From assembly GCA_036558545.1 (NCBI GenBank), contig DATBFJ010000029.1, positions 6,221 through 70,220 on the forward strand: a DNA stretch of 64,000 nt, in the 5' to 3' direction. The stretch's first letter is position 1, and every line of letters begins with the position of its first letter. The notes under the pieces were generated by a model that searched no databases, was not told the origin of the DNA, and saw only the letters and a program-made list of their open reading frames with translations. Source of the DNA: Candidatus Limnocylindrales bacterium (GTDB taxonomy: Bacteria; Chloroflexota; Limnocylindria; Limnocylindrales; CSP1-4). Position numbers and translations under genes: made by a program. Shown one piece after another: positions 8,185 through 15,537 of the stretch.

Positions 8185-8751
8185 ATGCCGGACATCGACT
8201 TCAGGGGTTATTCGGGGGATTGCCTGATCCACGGCCGCATCGAAGTGCCGGAAGACATCCGCCTAACCGATTACCTGAACACGACCGAGACCTACATAGT
8301 GCACGGCGCGTCACTTTTCGCGCTGGACGACGGCCGGGAGGTCCCGGCAGGCGACCAGGAGCTCGCCTCGGAGGACCTGTGGGCCGTCGAGCCGACCGAC
8401 ACGGCGGTTCGTGCCGATCTGCACGTTCCCACTCGGGCCGTGGCCATCGAGATTGACCTGCCTCCGTACCAGATCACAGGCTTCCTGCACGGCGTCAACA
8501 CCGGCGATCCGGTCGCCGGCGTAAGCCGGCGGCGGCGCATGATTCCCATCACCGAGGCGACGATCAGGTTCACCTTCAATGGCTCGGAAATGAGTCGTGA
8601 CACAGGCGTGCTGATTGTCAACCGGGACCGCGCGGCAAGCCTCAAGCGCACCGCCCTGGAGAAGTCGAAGATCGACGACATTCCACTGCCGCCGGTTGAT
8701 CCGCGAGCGCAGGACCTGACGGGCAAGATCATCTACGACCGCGAGGAATAG
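8185..8751 (+). CDS. Hypothetical protein with internal two-fold repeat
   Basis: 188-aa ORF with AGGAAG SD 4 nt upstream of ATG. Two similar halves (CLIHGRIEV..RLTDYLN..YIVHGASLF and ITGFLHGVN..RRRMIPITEATIRF). No family recognised. Confidence 0.6.
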   Translation: MPDIDFRGYSGDCLIHGRIEVPEDIRLTDYLNTTETYIVHGASLFALDDGREVPAGDQELASEDLWAVEPTDTAVRADLHVPTRAVAIEIDLPPYQITGFLHGVNTGDPVAGVSRRRRMIPITEATIRFTFNGSEMSRDTGVLIVNRDRAASLKRTALEKSKIDDIPLPPVDPRAQDLTGKIIYDREE

Positions 8752-8843
8752 CGACCTACACCCGGTTCCCCGGTCGGTAGGGGCCTCGCTGGTAGACTTT
8801 TTCCGTTCGGTCGGCGTCACCACCGGCCCCTCAATACGGAGAC

Positions 8844-9530
8844 TTGATGAGCCCACTCGTCTGGATTGTCCTGATCATCATCATCGTCGTGATCGTCGGC
8901 GGCGTCCTGATCTACAACGGCCTGGTTCAGCGCCGCCTGCGAATCCGGGAGGCGTATGCGCAGATCGAGGTCCAGCTGAAGCGCCGCTGGGACCTGATCC
9001 CGAACCTCGTCAACGCCGTAAAGGGCTACATGGGATTCGAGCAGTCAGTGCTCGAGAACGTGACCCAGGCGCGTGCCAACGCGGTTGCCGCGGGCAGCGC
9101 TGGTCCCGCCCAGCAGGCTACGGCAGAGAACGCCCTGACCGGCACGCTCCGATCGCTCTTCGCGGTCGTCGAGAACTATCCCGACCTCAAGTCGAACCAG
9201 AACGTGCTCGATTTGCAGGAGCAGCTGACCACTACTGAGAACCAGATCGGCTTCGCGCGCCAGCATTACAACGCGACCGTGCTTGACTACAACACTGGCA
9301 TCGCGACCTTCCCGAGCGTGCTCATCGCGGGACCCTTCGGCTTCCGCCCGGAGCAGTTCTTCGACGCGGAGCCGGAGGCGCAGCAGGTGCCACAGGTCAA
9401 CCTGAGCAACCTGAGCAATCCAACCGCTCCGCCCCCCGCGGCGCCCACGGTTCCGCCGACGATGCCGCCGACTAACCCGCCGAGCACACCTCCCACAACG
9501 CCCCCGACGACTCCACCGTCAGCCGGCTGA
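8844..9530 (+). CDS. lemA: LemA family membrane protein with Pro/Thr-rich C-terminal tail
   Basis: N-terminal TM helix, then YNGLVQRRLRIREAYAQIEVQLKRRWDLIPNLV, the LemA signature. Tail is PPTMPPTNPPSTPPTTPPTTPP. ATG at 8847 is probably the true start. Confidence 0.85.
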   Translation: MMSPLVWIVLIIIIVVIVGGVLIYNGLVQRRLRIREAYAQIEVQLKRRWDLIPNLVNAVKGYMGFEQSVLENVTQARANAVAAGSAGPAQQATAENALTGTLRSLFAVVENYPDLKSNQNVLDLQEQLTTTENQIGFARQHYNATVLDYNTGIATFPSVLIAGPFGFRPEQFFDAEPEAQQVPQVNLSNLSNPTAPPPAAPTVPPTMPPTNPPSTPPTTPPTTPPSAG

Positions 9531-9548
9531 GCAAAGAGGCGCAGTAGG

Positions 9549-9570
9549 GGCCGGCTCCTGAGAGCCGGCC
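9549..9570 (+). other. GC-rich stem-loop between lemA and htpX
   Basis: 8-bp perfect stem ggccggct/agccggcc, loop cctgag. No T-tract, so terminator function is uncertain. Confidence 0.3.
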
Positions 9571-9577
9571 TACGAAC

Positions 9578-10618
9578 ATGAACCAGCCACCGGTCCCAGC
9601 TCCCCAGCCGGTCCAGAACTTCAGCCAGCCGGTCCAGAACTTCTATCAGCAGATCGCCGCCAACAGGCGTCAGTCGATCTTCCTGGTGATCATCCTGACC
9701 TCATTGCTGGCCGTGTTTGGCTTCGTCATCGGCTTCGCGCTGAGCGGCTACTGGCAGGGCGGGATCGTGGCTCTGGTGATCGCCATCTTGATCTCGCTGG
9801 GTCTGTCCAGCCTGTCCTATTACTCGGGCGATTCGCTTGTCCTGTCGGTATCCGGTGCCCGCGAGGTCAACGAGCAGATGGCGCCGCAGCTGATGAACGT
9901 CGTCCAGGAGCTGGCCATTGCGGCCAACATCCCAATGCCCAAGGTCTACATCATCAATGACACCGCGCCCAACGCCTTCGCCACGGGACGTGATCCACAG
10001 CATGCCAGCGTGGCGATCACGGAGGGCCTGCTCCAGAAGCTCGACCGCGAAGAGCTGCAGGGAGTCATTGGCCACGAGCTCTCCCATGTTCGCAACTACG
10101 ACACGCGCTTCGAGTTGCTCGTGGCAACCTTGGTCGGCTCGATCGCGCTGCTCGCTGACTTCTTCCTGCGCTTCACCTTCTGGGGCGGCGTCACCGGCGG
10201 CCGGCGCGGTCGTAGCTCCAGCAGCAACGAGGGCGGTGGCGCGCTTGTCCTGATCATGTTCGTGGTCGGGATTGTCCTGGCCATCATCGCGCCGATCATC
10301 GGCGCGTTCGTCCAGATGGCCGTCAGCCGCCAACGCGAGTACCTGGCCGACGCTTCCAGCGTCGAGCTGACGCGCAATCCGTACGGACTCGAACGCGCCC
10401 TCGCCAAGATCGCGTCCGACAAGGAAGTGCTCGAGGTCGCCAACCGCGCCACGCAGCACCTGTACTTCGTCAACCCCATCAAGAAGTGGGAAGCGCGCTC
10501 GTCGGGCCTCATGCAGACCCACCCACCGATCGTCGATCGGATCAACCGGCTGCGCGCTCTGACCGGCGAAGGACCCATGGATCCCCAGGCCACTGCCGCG
10601 CTCGCAGGCCTCGACTGA
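9578..10618 (+). CDS. htpX: M48 family zinc metalloprotease HtpX-like
   Basis: HELSHVRNYD (HExxH) zinc site, four hydrophobic helices, C-terminal THPPIVDRI motif. Confidence 0.88.
   Translation: MNQPPVPAPQPVQNFSQPVQNFYQQIAANRRQSIFLVIILTSLLAVFGFVIGFALSGYWQGGIVALVIAILISLGLSSLSYYSGDSLVLSVSGAREVNEQMAPQLMNVVQELAIAANIPMPKVYIINDTAPNAFATGRDPQHASVAITEGLLQKLDREELQGVIGHELSHVRNYDTRFELLVATLVGSIALLADFFLRFTFWGGVTGGRRGRSSSSNEGGGALVLIMFVVGIVLAIIAPIIGAFVQMAVSRQREYLADASSVELTRNPYGLERALAKIASDKEVLEVANRATQHLYFVNPIKKWEARSSGLMQTHPPIVDRINRLRALTGEGPMDPQATAALAGLD
9605..9643 (+). repeat. In-frame 21-bp tandem duplication in the htpX 5' region
   Basis: cagccggtccagaacttc occurs at 9605-9622 and again at 9626-9643. Encodes QPVQNFSQPVQNF. 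Confidence 0.8.
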
Positions 10619-10667
10619 CTGTGGTTCAATACCGCTGGTCGTTGCCGCGGCCGAACGGTCTGGACGC

Positions 10668-10743
10668 GCCGAGATAGCTCAGTTGGTAGAGCACGTGACT
10701 GAAAATCACGGTGTCGCCAGTTCGATTCTGGCTCTCGGCACCA
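10668..10743 (+). tRNA. tRNA-Phe (anticodon GAA), CCA encoded
   Basis: 76 nt. Acceptor gccgaga/tctcggc, anticodon loop ctGAAaa. Confidence 0.92.
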
Positions 10744-10770
10744 CCACAACCGTCCGCGTGGCGGACACGA

Positions 10771-10846
10771 GCGGGAGTGGCTCAGCTGGTAGAGCGTCAC
10801 CTTGCCAAGGTGAAGGTCGCGGGTTCGAACCCCGTCTCCCGCTCCA
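10771..10846 (+). tRNA. tRNA-Gly (anticodon GCC), CCA encoded
   Basis: 76 nt. Acceptor gcgggag/ctcccgc, anticodon stem tcacc/ggtga with loop ttGCCaa. Confidence 0.92.
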
Positions 10847-10878
10847 CTTTCCACCGTGTTTCACTTGACGAAGCCCGC

Positions 10879-10952
10879 TGGCCCTTCGTCTAGCGGTAGG
10901 ACAGCGGACTTTGGATCCGTTAACCCTGGTTCGAATCCAGGAGGGCCAGCCA
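10879..10952 (+). tRNA. tRNA-Gln (anticodon TTG), CCA encoded
   Basis: 74 nt. Acceptor tggccct/agggcca, anticodon loop ctTTGga. Confidence 0.9.
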
Positions 10953-10991
10953 AAACGTAGGGCGCCGACAGTCAGCTCGGAGCCGATTCGG

Positions 10992-11067
10992 GGCGACGTA
11001 CCCAAGTGGCTAAGGGGGAGGTCTGCAAAACCTCTATTCACCGGTTCGAATCCGGTCGTCGCCTCCA
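10992..11067 (+). tRNA. tRNA-Cys (anticodon GCA), CCA encoded
   Basis: 76 nt. Acceptor ggcgacg/cgtcgcc, anticodon stem gaggt/acctc with loop ctGCAaa. Confidence 0.9.
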
Positions 11068-11250
11068 ATTTCACGCACAGTCGCAATGAAAACCGGCCCT
11101 CGATCGGTCGCCCCGCGATCAGGCGACGTACCCCTTCGACCGCGCGCGTCAGTAGGGTGGCTAAAGATCCCAGCGTGGCCGGTTTTCTGTCCGGACTAGT
11201 ACAAACGCGACCGCAGCGAGAGGACTCAAGCGAAGGTAACGTCGTTCGCC

Positions 11251-12018
11251 GTGAAGAGGTTTTGGGCCGTGCTCATCCCGAGCGTCATGCTGGCCGTCGT
11301 TGCGCTGAGTCTGTTCAGGGCAGATGCGTCCGGAAGCCCACGACGCGTGACGCCGGTCTATGACCCACCTGTCCTCGCCGGCCAGCTCGCCTCGACCAGT
11401 TGGCCGTGGTGGTGCTCGGGAGGTGTCTACGGGCGGCACGGCGACGAGATCGTTTTGACCTCGAGCGGGCATTGCGCCCAGGAAGGCCAGACGCTCTACG
11501 CCGCCGATGGCAGTGTCAGCGGCGTGGCAGGTCCCATCTCTTACTCAGCGACCTGCGCGCACCCCGGTTACCGATGCACGGCGTCGGACATGAACTACCT
11601 GGTGGTGGCGCCCGATCGCATTCCCTGGGGTCATCTCAACGAGATCGATATGGGCGTCGGCGGCTACCGGGTCATCGCGGCCGGGACGCAGCCGCTGGAG
11701 TGCCGCGACGTTCACATTGGCGACGAGGTTGAGTTCGACGGACGGGAGTTTTACCGATCCGGAAATGTGATCGCCCAACGCGAATACCGGCCACCGGTCA
11801 ACCTCGATCCGATCTACTTCCCATGTATCTCGATCGCGGACATCAGCGCTGCGACGGGTGATTCGGGCGGTGTGGTGATCGTGAACGGACAGCTGGCCGG
11901 CATCGCGTCCCGTCGCTTCGGAGATCTGCTTGGGTTCACGCCATTGGGCTCAGGCCTCGCCGAGCTGGGTGTGACGCTCTGCGACACCCCCAACTGCGGC
12001 CTCACGCCGCCCAGCTAG
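11251..12018 (+). CDS. Secreted/membrane-anchored S1 (chymotrypsin/streptogrisin-like) serine protease
   Basis: N-terminal signal/anchor MKRFWAVLIPSVMLAVVALSLF. Catalytic His context TSSGHC, Ser context GDSGG, several Cys pairs. Confidence 0.7.
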   Translation: MKRFWAVLIPSVMLAVVALSLFRADASGSPRRVTPVYDPPVLAGQLASTSWPWWCSGGVYGRHGDEIVLTSSGHCAQEGQTLYAADGSVSGVAGPISYSATCAHPGYRCTASDMNYLVVAPDRIPWGHLNEIDMGVGGYRVIAAGTQPLECRDVHIGDEVEFDGREFYRSGNVIAQREYRPPVNLDPIYFPCISIADISAATGDSGGVVIVNGQLAGIASRRFGDLLGFTPLGSGLAELGVTLCDTPNCGLTPPS

Positions 12019-12026
12019 ATCCAAAG

Positions 12027-12060
12027 AAGGGCCGGGCCTCCAAATGGAGCCCCGGCCCTT
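12027..12060. terminator. Bidirectional terminator-like hairpin between convergent genes
   Basis: 15-bp stem aagggccgggcctcc/ggagccccggccctt with one C-C mismatch, loop aaat. A-rich 5' flank and T-containing 3' flank. Confidence 0.55.
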
Positions 12061-12089
12061 GTAGTCGCCCTTAGTTGGAGGTATCCGAC

Positions 12090-12797
12090 CTACTGGACGG
12101 CCGCCATGATCAGCGCTGCGGCATTGGGGTTGTCTGTGCTGACGTCCCACAGGATGTCGCCCGACGGATACAGGTAGTCAATGCTGCCTGACCCGTCGTC
12201 AACGGTCGTGACAGTCTTGCCGCCGACATTCGCCTGGGCGATCGTCGGCTGGGTCTCGTTGTCCGCCTCGAGTGCCGCGAGTTGCGGGAAGAGGTTGAGC
12301 AGGGTGGCCCCTGAGGCGCCCGGGGTATGGAACGCGGCAATCTGCTCGGCGTTGCTGTCGATCTCGACCTCGGCGTTGCCAAACGCAAGCGTGGTCGGGT
12401 CGATGCCACCGTTTTGCAGGACCGTGACCAGTTGCTGCATCTGTGCCTGGCTGTTCGGATCGGTCTGACTGAACGCACTGAAGAACTGGACGAAGTTCAC
12501 GGTGGTCAAGTCTGTGACCGGCGCACCATTGATGGTTGTTGGGAACTTGGCCGCCAGGGCGGGGTCGGCGTTCGCGTCATAGCTCGGGATCGAGAAACTC
12601 GGGATCGAGAAGCTTGGCAGCGAGAAGCTTCCGAGCGAAAGAGACGGCAGGTTGATCGGGGGCAGCGTCGGGACGTTGACGGGTGGCAGCGTCGGGACGT
12701 TGATCGGTGGAACCGTCGGGGTTGTCGTTCCGCTGCACGCGGCGACGGCTAAGGCGCCGGCGATGAACACGCCGGACACGACGGGCAGTTTGCGCAT
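12090..12797 (-). CDS. Lipoprotein with short Pro-rich tandem repeats
   Basis: Signal peptide plus lipobox (LAVAACSG). PPINVPTL/PPVNVPTL/PPINLPSL and FSLPS/FSIPS repeats, then a ~160-aa domain of unknown family. Confidence 0.7.
   Translation of the reverse strand: MRKLPVVSGVFIAGALAVAACSGTTTPTVPPINVPTLPPVNVPTLPPINLPSLSLGSFSLPSFSIPSFSIPSYDANADPALAAKFPTTINGAPVTDLTTVNFVQFFSAFSQTDPNSQAQMQQLVTVLQNGGIDPTTLAFGNAEVEIDSNAEQIAAFHTPGASGATLLNLFPQLAALEADNETQPTIAQANVGGKTVTTVDDGSGSIDYLYPSGDILWDVSTDNPNAAALIMAAVQ
12586..12708. repeat. Tandem 15-nt and 24-nt coding repeats inside the lipoprotein gene
   Basis: Three to four 15-nt units starting at 12586, 12601, 12616 and 12631 (the last degenerate). Two 24-nt units ggcagcgtcgggacgttga(c/t)(g/c)ggt at 12661-12684 and 12685-12708. 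Confidence 0.8.
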
Positions 12798-12872
12798 GGA
12801 GAACCCTCTATTAAGGATGCACGGCTTGGCCGAGCAATCTTGCCACGGCGTCAGAGACTGTGCCGCGAGCGT

Positions 12873-12878
12873 TAGACT
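12873..12878 (+). promoter_or_regulatory. -10-like box TAGACT followed by CGGCC, 40 nt upstream of tRNA-Leu(TAA)
   Basis: TAGACTCGGCC, the same skeleton as at 6874 and 53337. Confidence 0.4.
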
Positions 12879-12918
12879 CGGCCGCTGTTACAGGCACGTG
12901 CCGAATTCGCAGTCACGG

Positions 12919-13001
12919 GCCGAAGTGGCGGAATGGCAGACGCGGCGGACTTAAAATCCGCGGCCCGCAAGGGCGTGTGAGTTCGAATCTCACCTTCGGC
13001 A
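12919..13001 (+). tRNA. tRNA-Leu (anticodon TAA), CCA not encoded
   Basis: 83 nt. Acceptor gccgaag/cttcggc, anticodon stem gcgga/tccgc with loop ctTAAaa, long variable arm. 3' end reads ggca-cga. Confidence 0.9.
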
Positions 13002-13043
13002 CGACCATCGCCGTCGATGCGGCCACAGAGCCAAGGTGGACAC

Positions 13044-13133
13044 ATGGGCATTTTCGGACTCGTCGTCGTGATCGGGGGCATCGTCATGATCGCCGCGGCG
13101 ATCGGATTCGTTATCTGGTACATCCGCAACTGA
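13044..13133 (+). CDS. 29-aa single-pass membrane micro-protein (below the ORF-track cutoff)
   Basis: ATG preceded by AAGGTGGA SD (13033-13040). Encodes MGIFGLVVVIGGIVMIAAAIGFVIWYIRN. GC-rich hairpin cgccgg-cga-ccggcg follows the stop. Confidence 0.4.
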   Translation: MGIFGLVVVIGGIVMIAAAIGFVIWYIRN

Positions 13134-13164
13134 CGCCGGCGACCGGCGCGCGAACTGGGCGGCG

Positions 13165-14424
13165 TTAGGAGCGCCGCAAAAACGAACCGAACAGGCTCTG
13201 CTTTCGCGCGGGCGTTGCGACGACGCGCTCTTCGAGCTTCGTTTCCGTGATCGTTTCGGCCATCTGCTTGATCGCCAGAGCGGCAGGCCCGCGGCGAACG
13301 AGGGTCACGAGCGGATGTCCTTCGTTGACGGCGCGCGCCATCGCTTCCCCCTCGTAGGGGACCGTGGCGCTCACCTTGATGCCCAGGTGCGATTCGATCT
13401 GGGCCGCGGTGATCATCGAGCGCGGGTAGATCTCGTTGAGCGCGAAGAAAGTCTTGTCGTTCATGCCGCCGAACTCGGACATCACCTGAAGCCAGGCGTG
13501 TACGAGGCGCAGCGATGGAATATCCGGCGCGATGGGCACGACGATGTGGTCGGCGCGGGCAAGGACGTAGAGCGAACGCATATCCGGCGTCGAGCCGACG
13601 TCGACGATCGTCGTCGCGTAGGTCGCCCGGAAAACGTCCACCAGGGATGCGAGCTGCTCACCGTTGAGGCCGGATCCTTCATCGGGCCGGTATGGGCCGC
13701 CGAAGACCATCAGCCCACTCGAGTGCTGCTTACCGGACTCGTGGATCGTGTCAGGCGTCTGTGCGGCTCGGTCTTCGCCGGCCAGCTGAGCAGTCGAGAC
13801 GCGGGCGTAGATGTCGAGATGCGTGGAAATCTGGCCGTGGGCCATGTCCATGTCGGCGATCGACACGCTGGCCGGCGCGCTCTCGGCAAGGACGACGGCC
13901 GTGTTCACAGCCAGGGTCGTTGTGCCCGAGCCGCCCTTGGCCGCCGCGAAGACGATCACTCGCCCCGGTGCCGTCTGAGCGGGCCGCGGCGGGGCAGCGG
14001 ATGAATCCTCCGAAGGTGACACCGGCTCCGGGGCGCGCAGCATGAGCGCTTCGGACATCGCCTCCAGCTCACGCTCGTCAATGGGCATCGCGACCACGTC
14101 GTCCGCGCCTGCCTCGAGGAGGTGCACGCGGGTATCGACGTCCTGGGTTTGGGCGACCGCGAGGATCGGAGGATGTCGGCTGCCTGTTTCGTCGGTGATC
14201 CGACGGCACAACATGGCCAGGGTCGAGTCGTCCTGTGCGTCGAGGACGACCAGATGCTGCTCGTTGATCTGCGACAGCGCCGTATTCAGGTCATGGGTGA
14301 CCATCACGGAGTGACCGTTGCGCTGCAGTGGCGCGACGATCGAGTCGACAGCCTGGCCGTCCGCTGACAGCACCAGCACTCGGTTCGACAGGGCAGGAAC
14401 CTCCGGCCTGGTTTGTTTTTGCAA
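13165..14424 (-). CDS. CpaE/TadZ-like ParA/MinD-family ATPase with N-terminal atypical receiver domain
   Basis: REC-like N-terminus (VLVLSADG...VVLDAQDD...DDVVAMP). C-terminal deviant Walker A FAAAKGGSGTTTLAVN. TTG start is uncertain. Confidence 0.7.
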   Translation of the reverse strand: MQKQTRPEVPALSNRVLVLSADGQAVDSIVAPLQRNGHSVMVTHDLNTALSQINEQHLVVLDAQDDSTLAMLCRRITDETGSRHPPILAVAQTQDVDTRVHLLEAGADDVVAMPIDERELEAMSEALMLRAPEPVSPSEDSSAAPPRPAQTAPGRVIVFAAAKGGSGTTTLAVNTAVVLAESAPASVSIADMDMAHGQISTHLDIYARVSTAQLAGEDRAAQTPDTIHESGKQHSSGLMVFGGPYRPDEGSGLNGEQLASLVDVFRATYATTIVDVGSTPDMRSLYVLARADHIVVPIAPDIPSLRLVHAWLQVMSEFGGMNDKTFFALNEIYPRSMITAAQIESHLGIKVSATVPYEGEAMARAVNEGHPLVTLVRRGPAALAIKQMAETITETKLEERVVATPARKQSLFGSFLRRS

Positions 14425-14521
14425 TTCCGGTCAAGGCGACCGAACGCGCCCGAGTCTAGCCATTGGTGCCTGCTGTCAACCCCACCCAAGTGCACCATCG
14501 GGGAATAGGACCTGTGGCGGC

Positions 14522-14527
14522 TATACT
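14522..14527 (+). promoter_or_regulatory. -10-like box TATACT upstream of rpsF (about 75-nt leader)
   Basis: TATACTCGTGG lies in the 178-nt divergent intergenic region. Confidence 0.35.
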
Positions 14528-14602
14528 CGTGGCCAACCCTTTCAGCTCCGCCTCACTTCCAACGGACCAAAGAGCGGGGCACATCCCATGGGAAGGAGAA
14601 CC

Positions 14603-15037
14603 ATGCGACGCTATGAGCTGATGCTCGTGTTGCGCCCGGACACGCCAGATGAGCAGGTCCAGGCGCTCCTCGACCGCGCGACGCGGTCAATTGCCGCGGC
14701 CGGTGGACAGATCGTCAAGGTCAGTCCCTGGGGCCGCCGCCGGCTGGCATATCCGATCGGCCAGAACCGTGAGGGCTCCTATTTTCTGGTGCTGTTCGAT
14801 GCTCCTCCGGAAGCCGTGCTTGAACTCGAGCGCGGCCTGAACATCACAGAAGAGGTTATGCGCCACCTCGTGACCCGCGTCGAGCGCCCCACTTCGCGCC
14901 GGCCGTCATCGGAGGCGGGTGACCTCGGCGACGAGGATCTGGGACCGCCTCCGGACGAGGAGTACGAGGTTCCCGACACGGAATTCATCGACGAGTCGGA
15001 GAGCGAGGCCGCTCCCGCCGCCGCCGATCGTCCATAG
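14603..15037 (+). CDS. rpsF: 30S ribosomal protein S6 with acidic C-terminal extension
   Basis: MRRYELMLVLRPD start with GGAAGGAG SD. rpsF-ssb-rpsR order. The 14318 ORF start is an upstream extension. Confidence 0.92.
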   Translation: MRRYELMLVLRPDTPDEQVQALLDRATRSIAAAGGQIVKVSPWGRRRLAYPIGQNREGSYFLVLFDAPPEAVLELERGLNITEEVMRHLVTRVERPTSRRPSSEAGDLGDEDLGPPPDEEYEVPDTEFIDESESEAAPAAADRP

Positions 15038-15055
15038 GGCCAGGAGGTCATAGCA

Positions 15056-15505
15056 GTGTCGCTAAACAAATGCATGATCATCGGCAACCTGGGGCGCGAT
15101 CCGGAGATGCGCTATACGCCGAGCGGCCAGGCAGTCACGCAGTTCACGGTCGCCGTGAACCGCAACTACAAGGATCAGCAGGGCGAGCGCCAGGAAGAGA
15201 CAGAGTGGTTCCGCGTAGTGGCATGGGGCCAACAGGCGGAATTCGCTGCCGAGTACCTGCGCAAGGGCGCCAAGGTGTACGTCGAGGGCCGCATCCAGAC
15301 CCGCCAGTGGGAGGGCCAGGACGGCCAGAAGCGTTACACCACGGAGCTGGTCGCCAATACGATCCAGAACCTCGAGCGTCGCCCGCGCGAAGACGGTGGC
15401 GACAGCTTCGGCGGCAGCCAGGAGCCTCGCGCTCAGCGCGCTCCGGCCGGCCAGAAGCCCCAGGCCGAGCAGCCTGAGCCGGACTACGACGACCTGCCCT
15501 TCTAG
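15056..15505 (+). CDS. ssb: Single-stranded DNA-binding protein
   Basis: OB-fold N-terminus (IIGNLGRDPEMRYTPSG), Gly/Gln-rich linker, acidic tip DYDDLPF. AGGAGG SD. Confidence 0.93.
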   Translation: MSLNKCMIIGNLGRDPEMRYTPSGQAVTQFTVAVNRNYKDQQGERQEETEWFRVVAWGQQAEFAAEYLRKGAKVYVEGRIQTRQWEGQDGQKRYTTELVANTIQNLERRPREDGGDSFGGSQEPRAQRAPAGQKPQAEQPEPDYDDLPF

Positions 15506-15537
15506 GCGCCCCGACTTTCAGAAAGGAATCCTGACAA

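Noticed and set aside
10668-13001. tRNA-flanked segment (protease plus lipoprotein) as a horizontally acquired genomic island.
   Set aside because: There is no integrase or recombinase, no direct repeat of a tRNA 3' end at the far boundary, and no evident GC shift.
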